From contig CM119372.1 of the NCBI GenBank assembly GCA_051294905.1, positions 35,466,001 to 35,530,000 of the forward strand: a DNA stretch of 64,000 nucleotides, written 5' to 3'. Under the pieces are notes generated by a model. The model was not told the DNA's origin. It did no database searches and was given only the letters and a program-made list of their open reading frames with translations. This DNA comes from Botryllus schlosseri. Its lineage: Eukaryota. The position numbers and the translations under genes were made by a program. Positions 12,742-25,515 of the stretch are shown piece after piece. Positions within the stretch are counted from its first letter, which is position 1. Every line of letters starts with the position of its first letter.

Positions 12742-13862
12742 GTTGAGGTGGTAGGCTACGTACTGGCGTACGGCGGGAAGGTTGGGGATCGAAATTGAAA
12801 CCCTTCCTTCTCAAATGATAACGCCAGCTCTAATATTTATAAGCACAATTTAGCAATTGGTGTCACGTTGCGGCGTTCCGACTGAACAATACGATGACAC
12901 TTTCATAGGTGCAGCCTTGCATTTCTGAACAGTATGTCAAATGGAACAGCAGAAGTGACACTGACTTCAATAAATATTCGTTATAATGTTACCCTTTTGT
13001 GTGAATATTATACTTTTGTAGTTTTGTTCCTTAACACAGTTTATTTTGTGCGCCAGTAATATTTAGTAATGTATGAGATGTGTAATTCGATTTGTGTATT
13101 GTGGCTCATCGGAAATTTGGGGTTTCGTGGATGCTTCTTGGTTAGCGTAACTGTTCCGTCGGTAAGTAAAGATGAAGAAGCATTGCCTTGGATCTCGTTG
13201 ATGCGAACCAGACATGGGGTAATCGTGATTAGTAATCGTAATAGATTACGACGATTACAGCATTTTGAAGTAATCGTAATCGCAATCGATTACAGTCGAA
13301 AAAAATCCGAAGTAATCGTAATCGTAATCGACTACTTCCCATATCTAATCAATTTCTTTGTGAAAGAACGATTACTTTTTATTTGTACAAAGACGATGAC
13401 ATAAACTGATCATTCGTGAAAAAGGAAGAGACATTATACCAGGTTAGTGATAGCACAAACGTCTGGTTTTCAAACGCCACTTCTCATTACACGTCAGAAG
13501 TAATAGCTTTGCTCGGCATTGCGTAAGAAGTATCTCTACACATGGTAAATAGATATTCGATGTATAACGTACATCGTAGTGTGATTGTAAGAACACCCAC
13601 CGTAGTGAACATCAGGTTATCGATTCAGTTCAGTCGCCACTATCTCGCAGCAGGGTAATAATCACCATTCTGCCTATCAGTTTCATATAGTGGCTTACGC
13701 GTATTGATGTTTGTTTGTGCTGCTTCGCGCGCAGTAGACCTATGTAGTACGTACGTAGGCCTACACCGGACAAAGATTTGAAATTTTGTACTCGTCAAAT
13801 AAAACATTACGGCTTCCACAACGAAGAATTCAAAATCAACATCCGCTGATATTTATCATTAC

Positions 13863-14201
13863 CGAGACGACCGATTTCGAATCGTTGGGCGAGGCCGTTC
13901 ACAATTCCATTTGTGTGCCTTGGAGTCGACTTTTATCAAAATACACCAACCAAAACTCTGTCAACAAAAGGAGTTCGTATACCACCTAAAAATAGTACAT
14001 TGAACGCTCCTTCATTCACGAAATTTCATGCTGGTGACGTCATATTTTGTGATACGATTGTTGATATACAATGTTCTTTCCATTTCTCTCCTAGTTGCTG
14101 ACGATTACCCCTGACGAGTGTCAGTCGAAAATATTCAGGTTTATTTCAATATGCATATACCATTGAATTGTATATTGAAGTTCTGTACCTCCAAGAAGCT
14201 C
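13863..14201 (+). mobile_element. Penelope-like retroelement 3' fragment (GIY-YIG C-terminus plus pLTR with hammerhead core)
   Basis: Near-identical to 34773-34975 plus 35601-35710; encodes ...FRIVGRGRSQFHLCALESTFIKIHQPKLCQQKEFVYHLK*. Confidence 0.75.
14107..14140 (+). ncRNA. Minimal type I hammerhead ribozyme-like motif in Penelope pLTR
   Basis: accc-CTGACGA-gtgtcagtc-GAAA-atat-TC-aggt; helix III reduced to palindromic AATATT; one stem I mismatch in this copy. Confidence 0.55.
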
Positions 14202-14859
14202 TGCAATCGTATCTGTGATTTGCCTCGTGCGCAAGATATTCTCGCTGGCCCGAATCATCGCGCCGCGGCCCTCGCAGGCTTTGGCTGCTATCTCTGCAAT
14301 CGTTTGGAGACAATGCCGTTGACGTTAAATGTATAATGATTAGCGATGGTTATGTCATGATTGTTCAACAGTGACATCGCAAAAAAAGAATGGCATCGAA
14401 TACTAAAACATAACCATTGCCAGTAACTTATCATATACGCGCAAGTTTGTCAACACGAGAAGCCTGTATAATCGGCATTTACGCATGTACTATTCATGTA
14501 CTGCGAATGCAGGGTGCGTACTGCGTACTATACACGGGTACAGGCTTTTCTTCAGAATCTACGCGCCATTTTCAGGGTGCGTATTATACATGGGGGCGTA
14601 CAATACATGGAAAATTACGGTAATTAAATCTATCAAAAATACACTATAATTAATGTTGGTTCACGAAATACTTTTGAGTTCTCTTCGAGCTCGCTCCGCA
14701 CCCTATTGGAGGGTTTGGGGTGTGGCAGTTACGGACCTGGCAAAAATGCAAATCGTTCGGTGCGATAAATCGTCCTCTATAAAATTGGGCAATGGGTACA
14801 TTATGACGTAACAAGCAAATGACGCGTCATTTATAATGAAACCTGTTATCTCACTAGGC

Positions 14860-15539
14860 CAGTGGTTCCCAACCGGGGGGGAATTTTGAAATTTTTAGGG
14901 GGGAATCTGGCTTTGGCATTGTATCGGTAGATACACTGGGTTCACAAGGTTTTTAGATTTTTATGGTATAGAACTGTTAAGTAGAAACTGGTTCTTTACA
15001 ATTGTATGTTTCTTTGGCGGATTTCAAGCTAGGTGTATATGTTTAAATGCCTTCCCTATATATTACACCCCCGGATAAAGTGAGGCTCGCGAGACGATTT
15101 CGTTGGGTCCGCGACAGCCTTTCGACCAAATTGCTACTAAGCAGGAAAACGTCAAACCGAATTCAGCACAAGGCCACTAGTGAAATTGTTTAACTTTTTG
15201 AGCCAACATATGAGCTGCCGTGAAAAACATACCGTACCAAATTCATCGATTCAACTCAAGTCCATAGCAAGCGGACTTGGTGATTTATTTTTGGTCAGCG
15301 GCAACCCGACCGGTAAAAAACATGTCAAATTTGACTATACTTTACCAAAGTTTGGTGCGGTCCGCATTCGCCATAGTTCGGACAGATCTGAATATGTTTG
15401 GCTATTGATTGCTCAGTCAACAAATGGTTACGCGTTAAAAAGCACATTTTTCAGTCACGGGCCACTTTTTCGTAGGGGGGAATTTTAGCTCAAATATCGG
15501 CCAAGGGGGGCACGAGACGAAAAAGGTTGGGAACCACTG
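14860..15539. mobile_element. hAT MITE
   Basis: TIR CAGTGGTTCCCAACC/GGTTGGGAACCACTG; TSD cactaggc/cactaaac. Confidence 0.8.
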
Positions 15540-15714
15540 CACTAAACTATTATTTTGAACTTCGCAAAACAAGTTTCCAAAAACATGTCAAAATCTGAAC
15601 AACCCCAATGGGCAGATTACCGCACTGCTGCCGAATTCTCTTTGCATAATAAAACTCTTGCTTGGTATGGTAGTATCACCTACAGCACATCAACAGAAAT
15701 TACTACATGATTTT

Positions 15715-16023
15715 GAGTCTCGTGTAATAACCTACTTTCTTATCCACAACAACATGACATGACCATCAACAATTGGGGTTCCCCATGAGCATGTGAAAGC
15801 TTATGGCGTTAATAATCATAGTTAGGGTTTGGGTATCCTACAATTTGGGTTTGGACTAGGATTAGGACGTTAGGTAACGGTTAAGTGACGCTATCTTGGT
15901 CTTGGGGGCAAGGATAATAAATGCTCATACGATACCGCAATCATGAATCAATAAAAACATGGGGAAGCCTGGTTTGTGATGGTCATGTTTTGGATGAGAA
16001 AGTAGGCCTATACACTAGACCTC
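15715..16023. repeat. Imperfect foldback element with central GGTTAG-like motifs
   Basis: cctactttcttatcca..atgaccatca..ttccccatg mirrored by catggggaa..tgatggtcat..tggatgagaaagtagg; ends approximate. Confidence 0.55.
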
Positions 16024-16508
16024 AGCTGGGCTCCCTCTACCCCTTTTCGTCATGGTGTCTAATAAATTGAATGGGGGCTTTGGTATCATACTACCTAACT
16101 GGATTGCTTGACCAAATCATGTCATGAAGAGTCCCGACTGATATTCAAATGCATACAAAATGTTTTGTTAATTTCATCGTTGAAATCGACGATGAAAAGA
16201 CTTAACAGGTTGGGTGTTTGTAAAATGCTTCAAATATTTGTACTATACGGCAGTTGAACAACACTGAGCAAAAAGTAATGTGACGACTGTTCCACAGTGA
16301 CAAGCATAACTATGCGACTTCATTCTAATTATATTGCAAATAATTTGCATTCCTCGATGATATGTCAACACCCAAAACTATAATACATGGCCAATTTGAC
16401 AATCTTGGTTCTCAATCAAAACAACAAGGATTGTAGTTCCTTTGATTCCCCGTTTAATTCAGAGTTACTAAGTGACGTGTTTGAATTGTAAATCTTGCAT
16501 TTTTGCAG

Positions 16509-16714
16509 ACAACTCGGAATCAGACAATACCTCTGCTGGGCTATATTCCTATCAGGCTGGACGTGGCTCAACCTTGAGATATAAAAAGACTACCGCTCTT
16601 AATGCCGATGAGAAGACTTATTTATCAAATATGCAGCGTAGAACAGAAAAATATGTCGAGGACCATCATCGAGTTGCCTGGGTTCTAGATCCCGGAGTTA
16701 GAGGTTTTGGCTAG
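16509..16714 (+). pseudogene. Possible decayed hAT transposase fragment
   Basis: YLSNMQRRTEKYVEDHHRVAWVLDPGVRGFG* resembles the H-x-x-A-x-x-LDP segment of hAT transposases; stops follow. Confidence 0.3.
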
Positions 16715-17032
16715 ATCATGACTGGCAAAAGGCTTGGACCTGCTACACAAATATTTCAAGCCATCTGTGTCAGCTCGGGAATGTTCTGCACAGATTGAGG
16801 ATGATGCTGTTTTCCACTAATGATATTGCCCTATTGACTTGAATGATGTAACAGTGCTGTCAAATACGTATATGGTACTTGATTGTAGTGGACGTTTGTC
16901 TATGCTAATTGTGGCTTCTTAAGTTTAATCCAACCAGGCAAGTTCTTGCAGATCGTGAAACTAGCTCTTCACAGGTGATACCAGTACTGTGATACCAGTA
17001 CGTGTTCCTGTGGTATTACTGGTGTTGTTGTA

Positions 17033-17570
17033 CAGGGTTGTAATGACCCGAGTCATGACTCGACTTGAGTCAGACTCGAGTCGCGATTTTCTGATGACTC
17101 GACTTGACTCGAGTCATTTTCTCAAAATACCGAAATGACTCGACTCGACTTGAGTCAATCTGTGTATTGACTCGGCTTGGACTCGAGTCATTGCGCATGA
17201 CTCGGACCAAGTCATATGACTCAAGACTCAGACGGCCAAGGCCGACGTTTCATGGTGATTACGAAGAAAAGTAAAGTGACCACACTATTGGGATTTCCTC
17301 TATCGGTACTGACATTTTAAAATGCGACCAAAAACTGCTATGAGGAGAACTAGTGTATTATAATTGCCAACCATTAGATATCACCAAACAGAGTTATAAA
17401 AAGTGGGTTTGGCAAGATTTTAACTGGAAGCGCAGCGGTCAACACAATGACTTGGACTCGGACTCGAGTCATAATACCATGACTCGGACTCGACCCCCTG
17501 TTCAATGACTTGGACTCAGACTTGACTCGGTGGGAAATTGAGATTGACTTGTGACTTGGTTACAACCCTG
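17033..17570. mobile_element. hAT MITE with GACTC/GACTT repeats
   Basis: TIR CAGGGTTGTAA/TTACAACCCTG; TSD ttgttgta/gtgttgaa (6/8). Confidence 0.8.
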
Positions 17571-20500
17571 GTGTTGAACCACATTGCTGCACATTTTGCT
17601 TTTATGCCTTATCATGCGACAAAATCTTCTTTGTAGAAAAAATCCAGCCCTTGGCTGAAATCTTAACGTGGTGTGTTGGCTTATCACCAATGTCAGCCGA
17701 CAGCTTTCTGTATTTATGTGGCCGATTTGGCTTGCAGTTGTCTTTGGTATACTATTATGTCATGCTACACCCTATAACTCTTCTAAATATTTTGTTCTCG
17801 ACACGCGCTATAGTTCTCTTGGGTCACTTGTATTCAAATATGACTAGTCGTTTATTGTACTTCGGCATGACATTATAATTATTTGATGTGCTGAAAGGTA
17901 ATCGTTTTAAAAGGAGCACTGAACAGTTACATCAAGATATAGGCTTACACGTAATGTAATACCGGAACAGTCTGTACCAGATGTACAACCATTTAAGTTT
18001 CGTTCACCGTTAGCAAAGAGAGGGCTCTGGGGTGGGGCTTCCCACAAGTTGCGATAATATAGATAAGGAGGGGCCCCTGGAAGTTTCACTTAGCTTCCCC
18101 CCAATCGTAAGGCCCCTACTGACCATGCGTAACGATGTCAAGATCATGTTAGCTTTGCGATGCACCAGAGCGATGAACCTGTATAGTCGGTTTTTATAGA
18201 CAATATCCCAACTGGCGTTGACAATATGAACTAGAGAAGAAAAAAAAGGTCAACTTGCTCGCTCAGCGCCCAAAATACAGTTTTTCTTTCACATTATCAG
18301 GTGGTTGACTAAAAGAAGAAAGAGGTCCACTTTCCGGCCCAACTCCCAAAATATCCGCCGGAGCGTTACTTCAGTAATGATTTACTGTATCTAAGTCTAT
18401 TCTGCCATAGATATACCCGAAGTTCTCAAAAACGAGGACAAATCTCAAAAAAGGGGGCATTTGGACGTCCTCCGAGGGCACTTTCAAAAAAGTCAAAAAA
18501 GAGGACAAATCCTCTCAAAAGGGAACGTATGATACAACCCTATTATAAACGGATCACGTAGTCTTGGTTAGCAGTAGAACTGGCTGTGCACCCAAATTTC
18601 TAATGAAAAGACGTGGTCAATAACTAGGTACTATTTACGAGGAAAACAAGTCAATAACTAGGTACTTTTCACTGGAAAGCAAACGCCCACTTCCTGTGTG
18701 AAGAGGTCAAAGGTTATCAAGAACCTTTCAAAGGTTTTGCCTACTTACTTCCATGATAATGTTCAAGAGTGCTTCCTTCCACCTTCACTTGGCACATTCG
18801 TTCCTCTTGTGAGGGAAATTGTTATGACCAGTCGACGGAAAGGCCTTGTATCACGATCACTGAAGAGGTTTCCGATAATTGCTCCTATTTGTATTGTCGT
18901 TGGTTATTCTACGTTACTGGAGAACATGTACAATGTACACTGTATTTAGTGAAGTGACCACCTCCGATTACCTGCTAAAATTGTGCGATATATATACCAA
19001 ATCTACGTTTTAAAACTAACAATTTAAGTACTTTTCTATCTAAATTTTCTGCTTCTGCTTGAGGCAGTTTCGACGTGTCTTTGAAATCGCTATTTGTACT
19101 TGTAATTAAGTAGAAATTCACGGCCTTGCTCAACTTCCTCTTGAATAGCAAGGCTGACTACAATGATCACGTGTGGCCTATGCGAAACGTGACAGTGCTG
19201 ACGTAATATGCTGTAGCGGATGACGGAGACGCTCAAGTATCAAATTCTCTGGAGGAGTTCATAAAAAAGCTTCTTGCGCACGGGTAGGCCTATTCTCCGT
19301 TAGTGTTCTGTCGGTTTTCGTGTTGACATTTCCTGGAGTGTTAAGTAAGAGACGTTTTGCTACCTGTCTACTGGATATAAAACTACATTTGGCTAATGCT
19401 AATTATAATATCGAAGCATATATGTAGTGCTAACAAATGACGTAAGACACCTTTGTCGAATACTTGCCGGAAACAGTTTAACAAGGTACTATAGGATGTA
19501 GATGTCTTTCATTTGTAAATACATGATTCGACGTGAGTATATTCCAACTCAATTAAGCGGTCATTCCATGAAAATCTAGGCCTGCGCTCGTTTAAGACGG
19601 CCGTGTCGTATATAAATCAGTACAAGCGCATAAATAATACCAGTTATTGTTTAACAACAGTGTAAAATGCGAAGAATACGGTGATATACACGCGTTGCTG
19701 GTTTGTTCAGTGAGAAGAGGTCCTACATTTTTCTTCATATTCAATCAAATCGCTTTGTCGTAAGATGAAGGACGAAGGCAATGCCGTTAGCCAGGTATAG
19801 GTCGTTACCTGTTCTTGATAACATACTCAATATGGGTTATTGACAATAACTTTTATGGTAACAGTGAAATACGTTCAATGCAGTGGTCTTAACCAGTGTT
19901 CCACGAAACACTAGGGATCCTCGAACCAGTTCTAGAGGTCCTGCGGTGTTCAAGAGACACAGTCAACTCATCCATATGATTTGTAATGATACGCCGGTCT
20001 TGGCCCTCATTGGTAGTAGGTAATTATGCCCGATCAATATAGTCAAATAGTGACTTTTGTGGTGGTACGTCATCAGCAATGCTGCATGCAAGGGAGCATG
20101 GGATTCGAAATCGAAACCCCGTCCTTCTGAAATCATAATTCGATCCCCAATATTTATATGTTCATTTATAATTAAGAAATGGGTGTCTCGCTATTGCTCT
20201 TCAGCCGAACAATACGACGACTGAAGAATTTGTTGATATGAATTGGCATATTGCCATAGAAAACGATTTCGGGATCCCCAAGAGATCAAGCTTTACAAGG
20301 AAATAGTTTTCGAGCAAATACCGTGTCTAGCTAACCGCAATATCGATTCTTTAGTCCACGGGTGGCCAATATGCAGCATCAGAAGAAAACATATGCGGCA
20401 GTAGACGTTAATTTCGATTAGGATGTTTTGCCGGCCGTAAATATGCAAATTGAATTTACGAACTGACTCCCTAAATAATGAGAGGTTTGAATTATTCTTG

Positions 20501-21421
20501 TCGTTTTCTTCACGCTATTCGCGGCTCGATGCGAGTTGATTTTCGATTTTAATAAAGTAGTGTCCTTTTTAATCGGAGCCCCGCAGTACAGATGCGAACA
20601 ACACAGGAAGATGATGCGCCCGATAAGAAAATGCCAATTTGTATTCGTGTTCTTCTCATCACGACGGAAATTTGTTTCTGTTAGGCCTACGTTTGGGCGA
20701 ATCCAATACCATTTCACTGTATCGACAATCCTGATGGGATATCAAGAAATAACAGCATGCATCAAAGGGGAATAACAACAATTGCCCCACCCAAGGACGC
20801 AGCACAGCATTAATTCTTACGTCCCTAAATTTTCAAAGACACCCCCTGCATCAACTCTACCGATAGGGCATGATGTAAGAGTTGCATGAATTGATTTTAT
20901 CATTGGATTGAATTGTGTGACATCGGAACTTCAGTACGTACAAGACATAGACCATGAGAATCATAATAAAAGTGCACCACAGGTAACTTGTTATGTTATA
21001 TGTGTATGTCGGGAACGCTCTTGACAATAGTCGCTATGCGCTTTGAAAGTGTAGAGTTCAGAAATAGCAAGACTAATCAATGAAACTTCATCACTGCTGA
21101 TGTGAAAAAATCGGACGACGTTTTGACGAAATCGGTGAACAAGGAGACGTAATGAAGTAAATGTCTTTGATCAATATCTTGCGACTATTGACTAGTATCT
21201 GTATCTTTAATCATCATACGAGGGCCCGATTTTATAAATCTCTCCGTTTGGCAGATTTGTGATAGATATTTATGGGTAGCATTGATGGATAGCCTATGTA
21301 GTACAGCTGAAGCAGCTAATGTTTAATACAACGTAGTATGCCGCTAACTCATCTTAGTGATTTTGTCGCGTAAATTTATCGTAAATATAAGATTCACATT
21401 CATGAATTACATGACTTGCAC

Positions 21422-23168
21422 CAGTGACGTGGGGTCTGGGGAGGAAAGTGACGCAGCGCCTCACCTGTCGCCAGGATGAGTAAATTAAAATTGTGAAAAC
21501 CTTCATTGGTTATTGATATTTACCGTCGATGTTCATGAATACCTAAATTTGAACATTTCGTCATCCAACATCATTTATTTCCATATTTAATGTTCAAAAA
21601 TACAGCGCGAATGGAGAGGCGAGGCCCAGGTGAGGCGCGGGCGGGTCGTGCCTCACCTGCGACAATGCAATTTATGAGAAACAGGTGAGAATTCGTAATA
21701 ACTTGTATCAATCAAATGCTAATATTACACAGATTTCGAAAATATGGATATTAACAGTCGTGGAGCAGTGGAACTCGTCAAAATTGTTTAGAAATGTGGA
21801 ATTTGGTTTTATTACATAGAATGGCAGCGCAGAGAAACAATAATCAGGCAGAGCACAATCAAATATGCCTCACTCACTGTTCGATTACAATCGGACAATC
21901 GTAGCACAGTGCAAAGCCTATCGATTTCGGAAACCGACAGTACGGTTCTGTATCAATGGTGTAGTAGATACCGCCAATACTTTATGCTGAGCAAATACAT
22001 TTCATTACTGATGTAGCTGTTATGTATTTTGTAACGCTTGTGTAACGCTTGACCGATTTCAGACCATCGATCAAGTTTCGCTTCAATTTAACCTGTAACA
22101 CTGCACCGCATGCCATTTAATACCACATTGAAATATAGGCCAATAGACTAGCTATTCAGAAAATCGAGTGCCAAATCCTAACTGTAATCCAAGATCTGTT
22201 TACACCTTTCCGAATTTTACATTTATAAGCCTGAATGCTGCAGATCTGAAATGAGCAGAAAATCGTCAAATTTTCAAAATGTCGTAGCTTTTGACCCCGG
22301 AGTTCAATTTTCCTCAAATAAACGTAATTGTGTCCGAAATTAACTGATCTATGCATGTACCAAATTTCAGAAGATTTGGGAATGTGGTGGTCCCAACTTT
22401 TGTTGTCCAGGTTGGGAATGGCCCCTACCTCAAATTGTGGTATGTGATAGCCACTCACATAGCCTGCGTTGTCGTAGTTTGTTGCCTTTACGGTGTTTTC
22501 AACCGCATTAGTCATTTACAATAGGTCGTTATCCCATGCTAAGAATCCATATCTGCCGAGTTGTAGCACGGCCCACTTCTAGGCTTTCGTAACACAACGC
22601 TTACGTGGGTCAGACAGCGAGGAGCAGCCTAGATAAAGCCGGTGTGTGAAGATGGCTAATGTGATAAGAAACAGGTCGCCAACTCAATCGGCCAACTTTG
22701 TAGATGTTACATATTTGCGAATCTTATTCTAAGGATATCTGGTTCTCCAAGCATGAATCCAACCCTGATTTTCCACAGTCTGAAAGATATTTTCAACAAT
22801 TTAAGTTCAATCTTAGTAGGTGACAAATTAAGTTTTGCTGATACAGTGTCCCTTTCAACCTTGTAAACAAGGGATTTGTCAGGCAAATGGCATTACAGAA
22901 CATAAACCCGTAATTAGAACCTTATCGATTTACCTTTCATCCTTTTCGTTGAGAAATCTGTAATAAATAACAGTAGATTTCGCGAACGGAAAAATTGTTG
23001 AATTGCAATAGTCAACAGGGTTCGGAGAAAACGGTCTCGCTTACGCGCTTTCTCGTGATGCTGTTGTTATTCTCTTCTCTGTGTATCATCATTATCAGGT
23101 ACTTCGCATGTTTTGCGTTGTTGGGGGGTCAGTGCTTCACCAGCAATGAACCTCACCGCACGTCACTG
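21422..23168. mobile_element. Non-autonomous hAT-like element with CCTCAC/GTGAGG motifs, carrying a SINE fragment
   Basis: TIR CAGTGACGTG/CACGTCACTG; TSD acttgcac/ccttgcac; second partial copy at ~51020-51975. Confidence 0.82.
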
Positions 23169-24082
23169 CCTTGCACTATCGCGCGCCACTTCATTGCAAT
23201 TTCAGATGTGATTGTTCATTTGTAGGAGATTATGGTTAAAAAACAATAATTGGATGTTTCAAACAAGAACATGTTTTCAATATTTTTGCTTTGAATTGAT
23301 TTTTGCTTCAAATCCAACCGTAATACCATCACACTTTCATCGTTTTCGTTGTACGTACATGCGTTTGAAGGAGTCCACATAACTTGCGGCTAATATGTGC
23401 CACCGAATATTTAGTCAATCGATTGTTTGATTGATTGTTTGGTTGGTTAGTTAAAATATCGATGTTGCATAACAAGGATCATTTGCATATAGCGTTGGTG
23501 ACGACGCAACTTTGATATTGAAGACCCAAGCCAAAATGCGCATGATCATATGTCCAATGCTACAATGACCAAGTTTGTTGTTCTTTTTGTTAATATCGTA
23601 GTCTAATGTTGATAGTGTGTTGAGTCATTTTACTGCACTTAATGCAGGATTTTTTTCATATGGATCCAGACCTGTCGACTTATTGTATGATATCTCTTAT
23701 TGCAGTTTTAAGACATCGCATATTTATTGGGATAGGATGGCAAAGAGAAGCCTTCAAGCATTGCAAGAGTTTGTGTGTAATATTAGAAAATAATATGTCA
23801 ATAAATCGTTTCGATCGCAGCAGTGATTGAGTACCTGGGTTATACTTAATTGTACGGTATCCGAGCTGATTGCGTGGCTCAACTTCAATCAAAGCCTTGG
23901 TATAGACACCGAAAACGCGGAACAGATGGCGAGAATAAGCAACAAAAAGCTGTGAATACTTGGGTAGTAATTCTGGAGTCGAACCCGGTTGGCTCAGTAT
24001 AACGCTAACTCATTGGTTATGCAACGATGAAGCGGGCAATGGCAGTAATCGCTACCGTTGGCAATATTTTGAGTGGCTATTA

Positions 24083-24947
24083 CAGGGGTGGGCAAACTAC
24101 GGCCCGCGGGCCGCATGCGGCCCGCAACGCCGTTCTGTGCGGCCCGCAAGAGTCTAAAGAAACTTAATAAAAATATTGATAAAATGCGCACTAAAAATCG
24201 AATTAATCGAATTAAACTTTTTCTTAGTATATTTCACCATGATAATTCTAAGTCAGTGGGTTTCAACCTGGGGGACGCGTGCCCCTTGGGGTCATGAAAG
24301 CATCTGAAGGGGATCGCGAAGCTGAGCTCAACTGAAAATTTTTTCGCGCTTCGCGTGATTTTCTTGCACTTCCTGATTAGTGCTCTGTATTTAGTATGAA
24401 TTTCATACTTCAAAATCTCTCATCAATAGTTGTAACCTCCCATGCCACCGAACAATCCGTTGGGTTTGCTATAGCATCCTGATTGCGGTTTTTGATATGA
24501 CGATAAGGGGGCGTGAAATCTACACATATAGTAGAAGCGTGTTTGAAGCTAACATGGTTATGATGCTGTCAGCATTGTGTGTCCTGGAACTGAACCCAAA
24601 GCGGAATTAGTAAATCTATGAACTGATCACTGCTCACAGATTTAAATTTCAATCCTGTTCTAAGAATCGGGACAACAGACTTTCATCTCTATAGTTTTGA
24701 CAAATTGGTTATTGAGGTCGACCAGCCTATGAAATCTCACCATTGTGTCTGGCGCGTGTACGATATCATCATAGCAATGTTTGGTTTGTTTCAAATAAGC
24801 ATATATATTATCTCCATGTCCTCACTATATAATCAAATACCAGCAATATTGCGTTTTGGTTTATGATCCCAATTTTATATAGTGCGGCCCGCGAATGGAT
24901 TCAGATGTTGAATGCGGCCCGCGAGCTCAAAAGTTTGCCCACCCCTG
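24083..24947. mobile_element. hAT MITE containing a partial 2187-family MITE
   Basis: TIR CAGGGGTGGGCAAACT/AGTTTGCCCACCCCTG; perfect TSD ggctatta. Confidence 0.9.
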
Positions 24948-25000
24948 GGCTATTAGCATTCATTCCGTTATCAAAATCGCTAGATAACTATAATTATTAC

Positions 25001-25515
25001 TAGGGCTGGGCAAAATCGAGTACCTGGGTGATTCGATTCTGAATCACGTAATATGCTTCGAGTCGAGTCGAGTATCGAGTATCACCCATTATGATGTCAT
25101 AACACAATGTAATACGTCAAACTTCAAATATGTACTGTTTATGCCACCACAAAGAATATAATGCCTGTTATCAATCTCATAAATGATACTATGGTATTTT
25201 TGGACCATACCGATTTCATTCCACTTAATGACAATGTTGCGGGATAATCATGACTTTGGAAATGTGCGACGTCCAGTAACCTTCGTAGCTTTGTACTATA
25301 TGTTTCGTATGCTACAATACCGTCAACCAAGGTTTAAAGGCCTCAACAGTGAAAATTAGTATCGCAACTATAATTCTCGTTGATAAATTAACTTTCAGTG
25401 GAGAGAAGCGTATAATTTCAGTACTCGGAAAAATCGTCTTTTACTACTCGACTCGAATCATTAAAATTAATACTCGAATCAGATTCGAGTACTCGAATCA
25501 TTATGCCCAGCCCTA
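25001..25515. mobile_element. hAT (Ac-type) MITE with TCGAGT/ACTCGA motifs
   Basis: TIR TAGGGCTGGGCA/TGCCCAGCCCTA; perfect TSD attattac. Confidence 0.88.

Noticed and set aside
13209..13380. Complete MITE starting CAGACATGGGGTAATC with TAATCG repeats
   Set aside because: It looks like a MITE left end, but I could not find a matching right TIR or TSD
15820..15890. Interstitial telomere (TTAGGG-like)
   Set aside because: Only a few degenerate units at the centre of an inverted-repeat element
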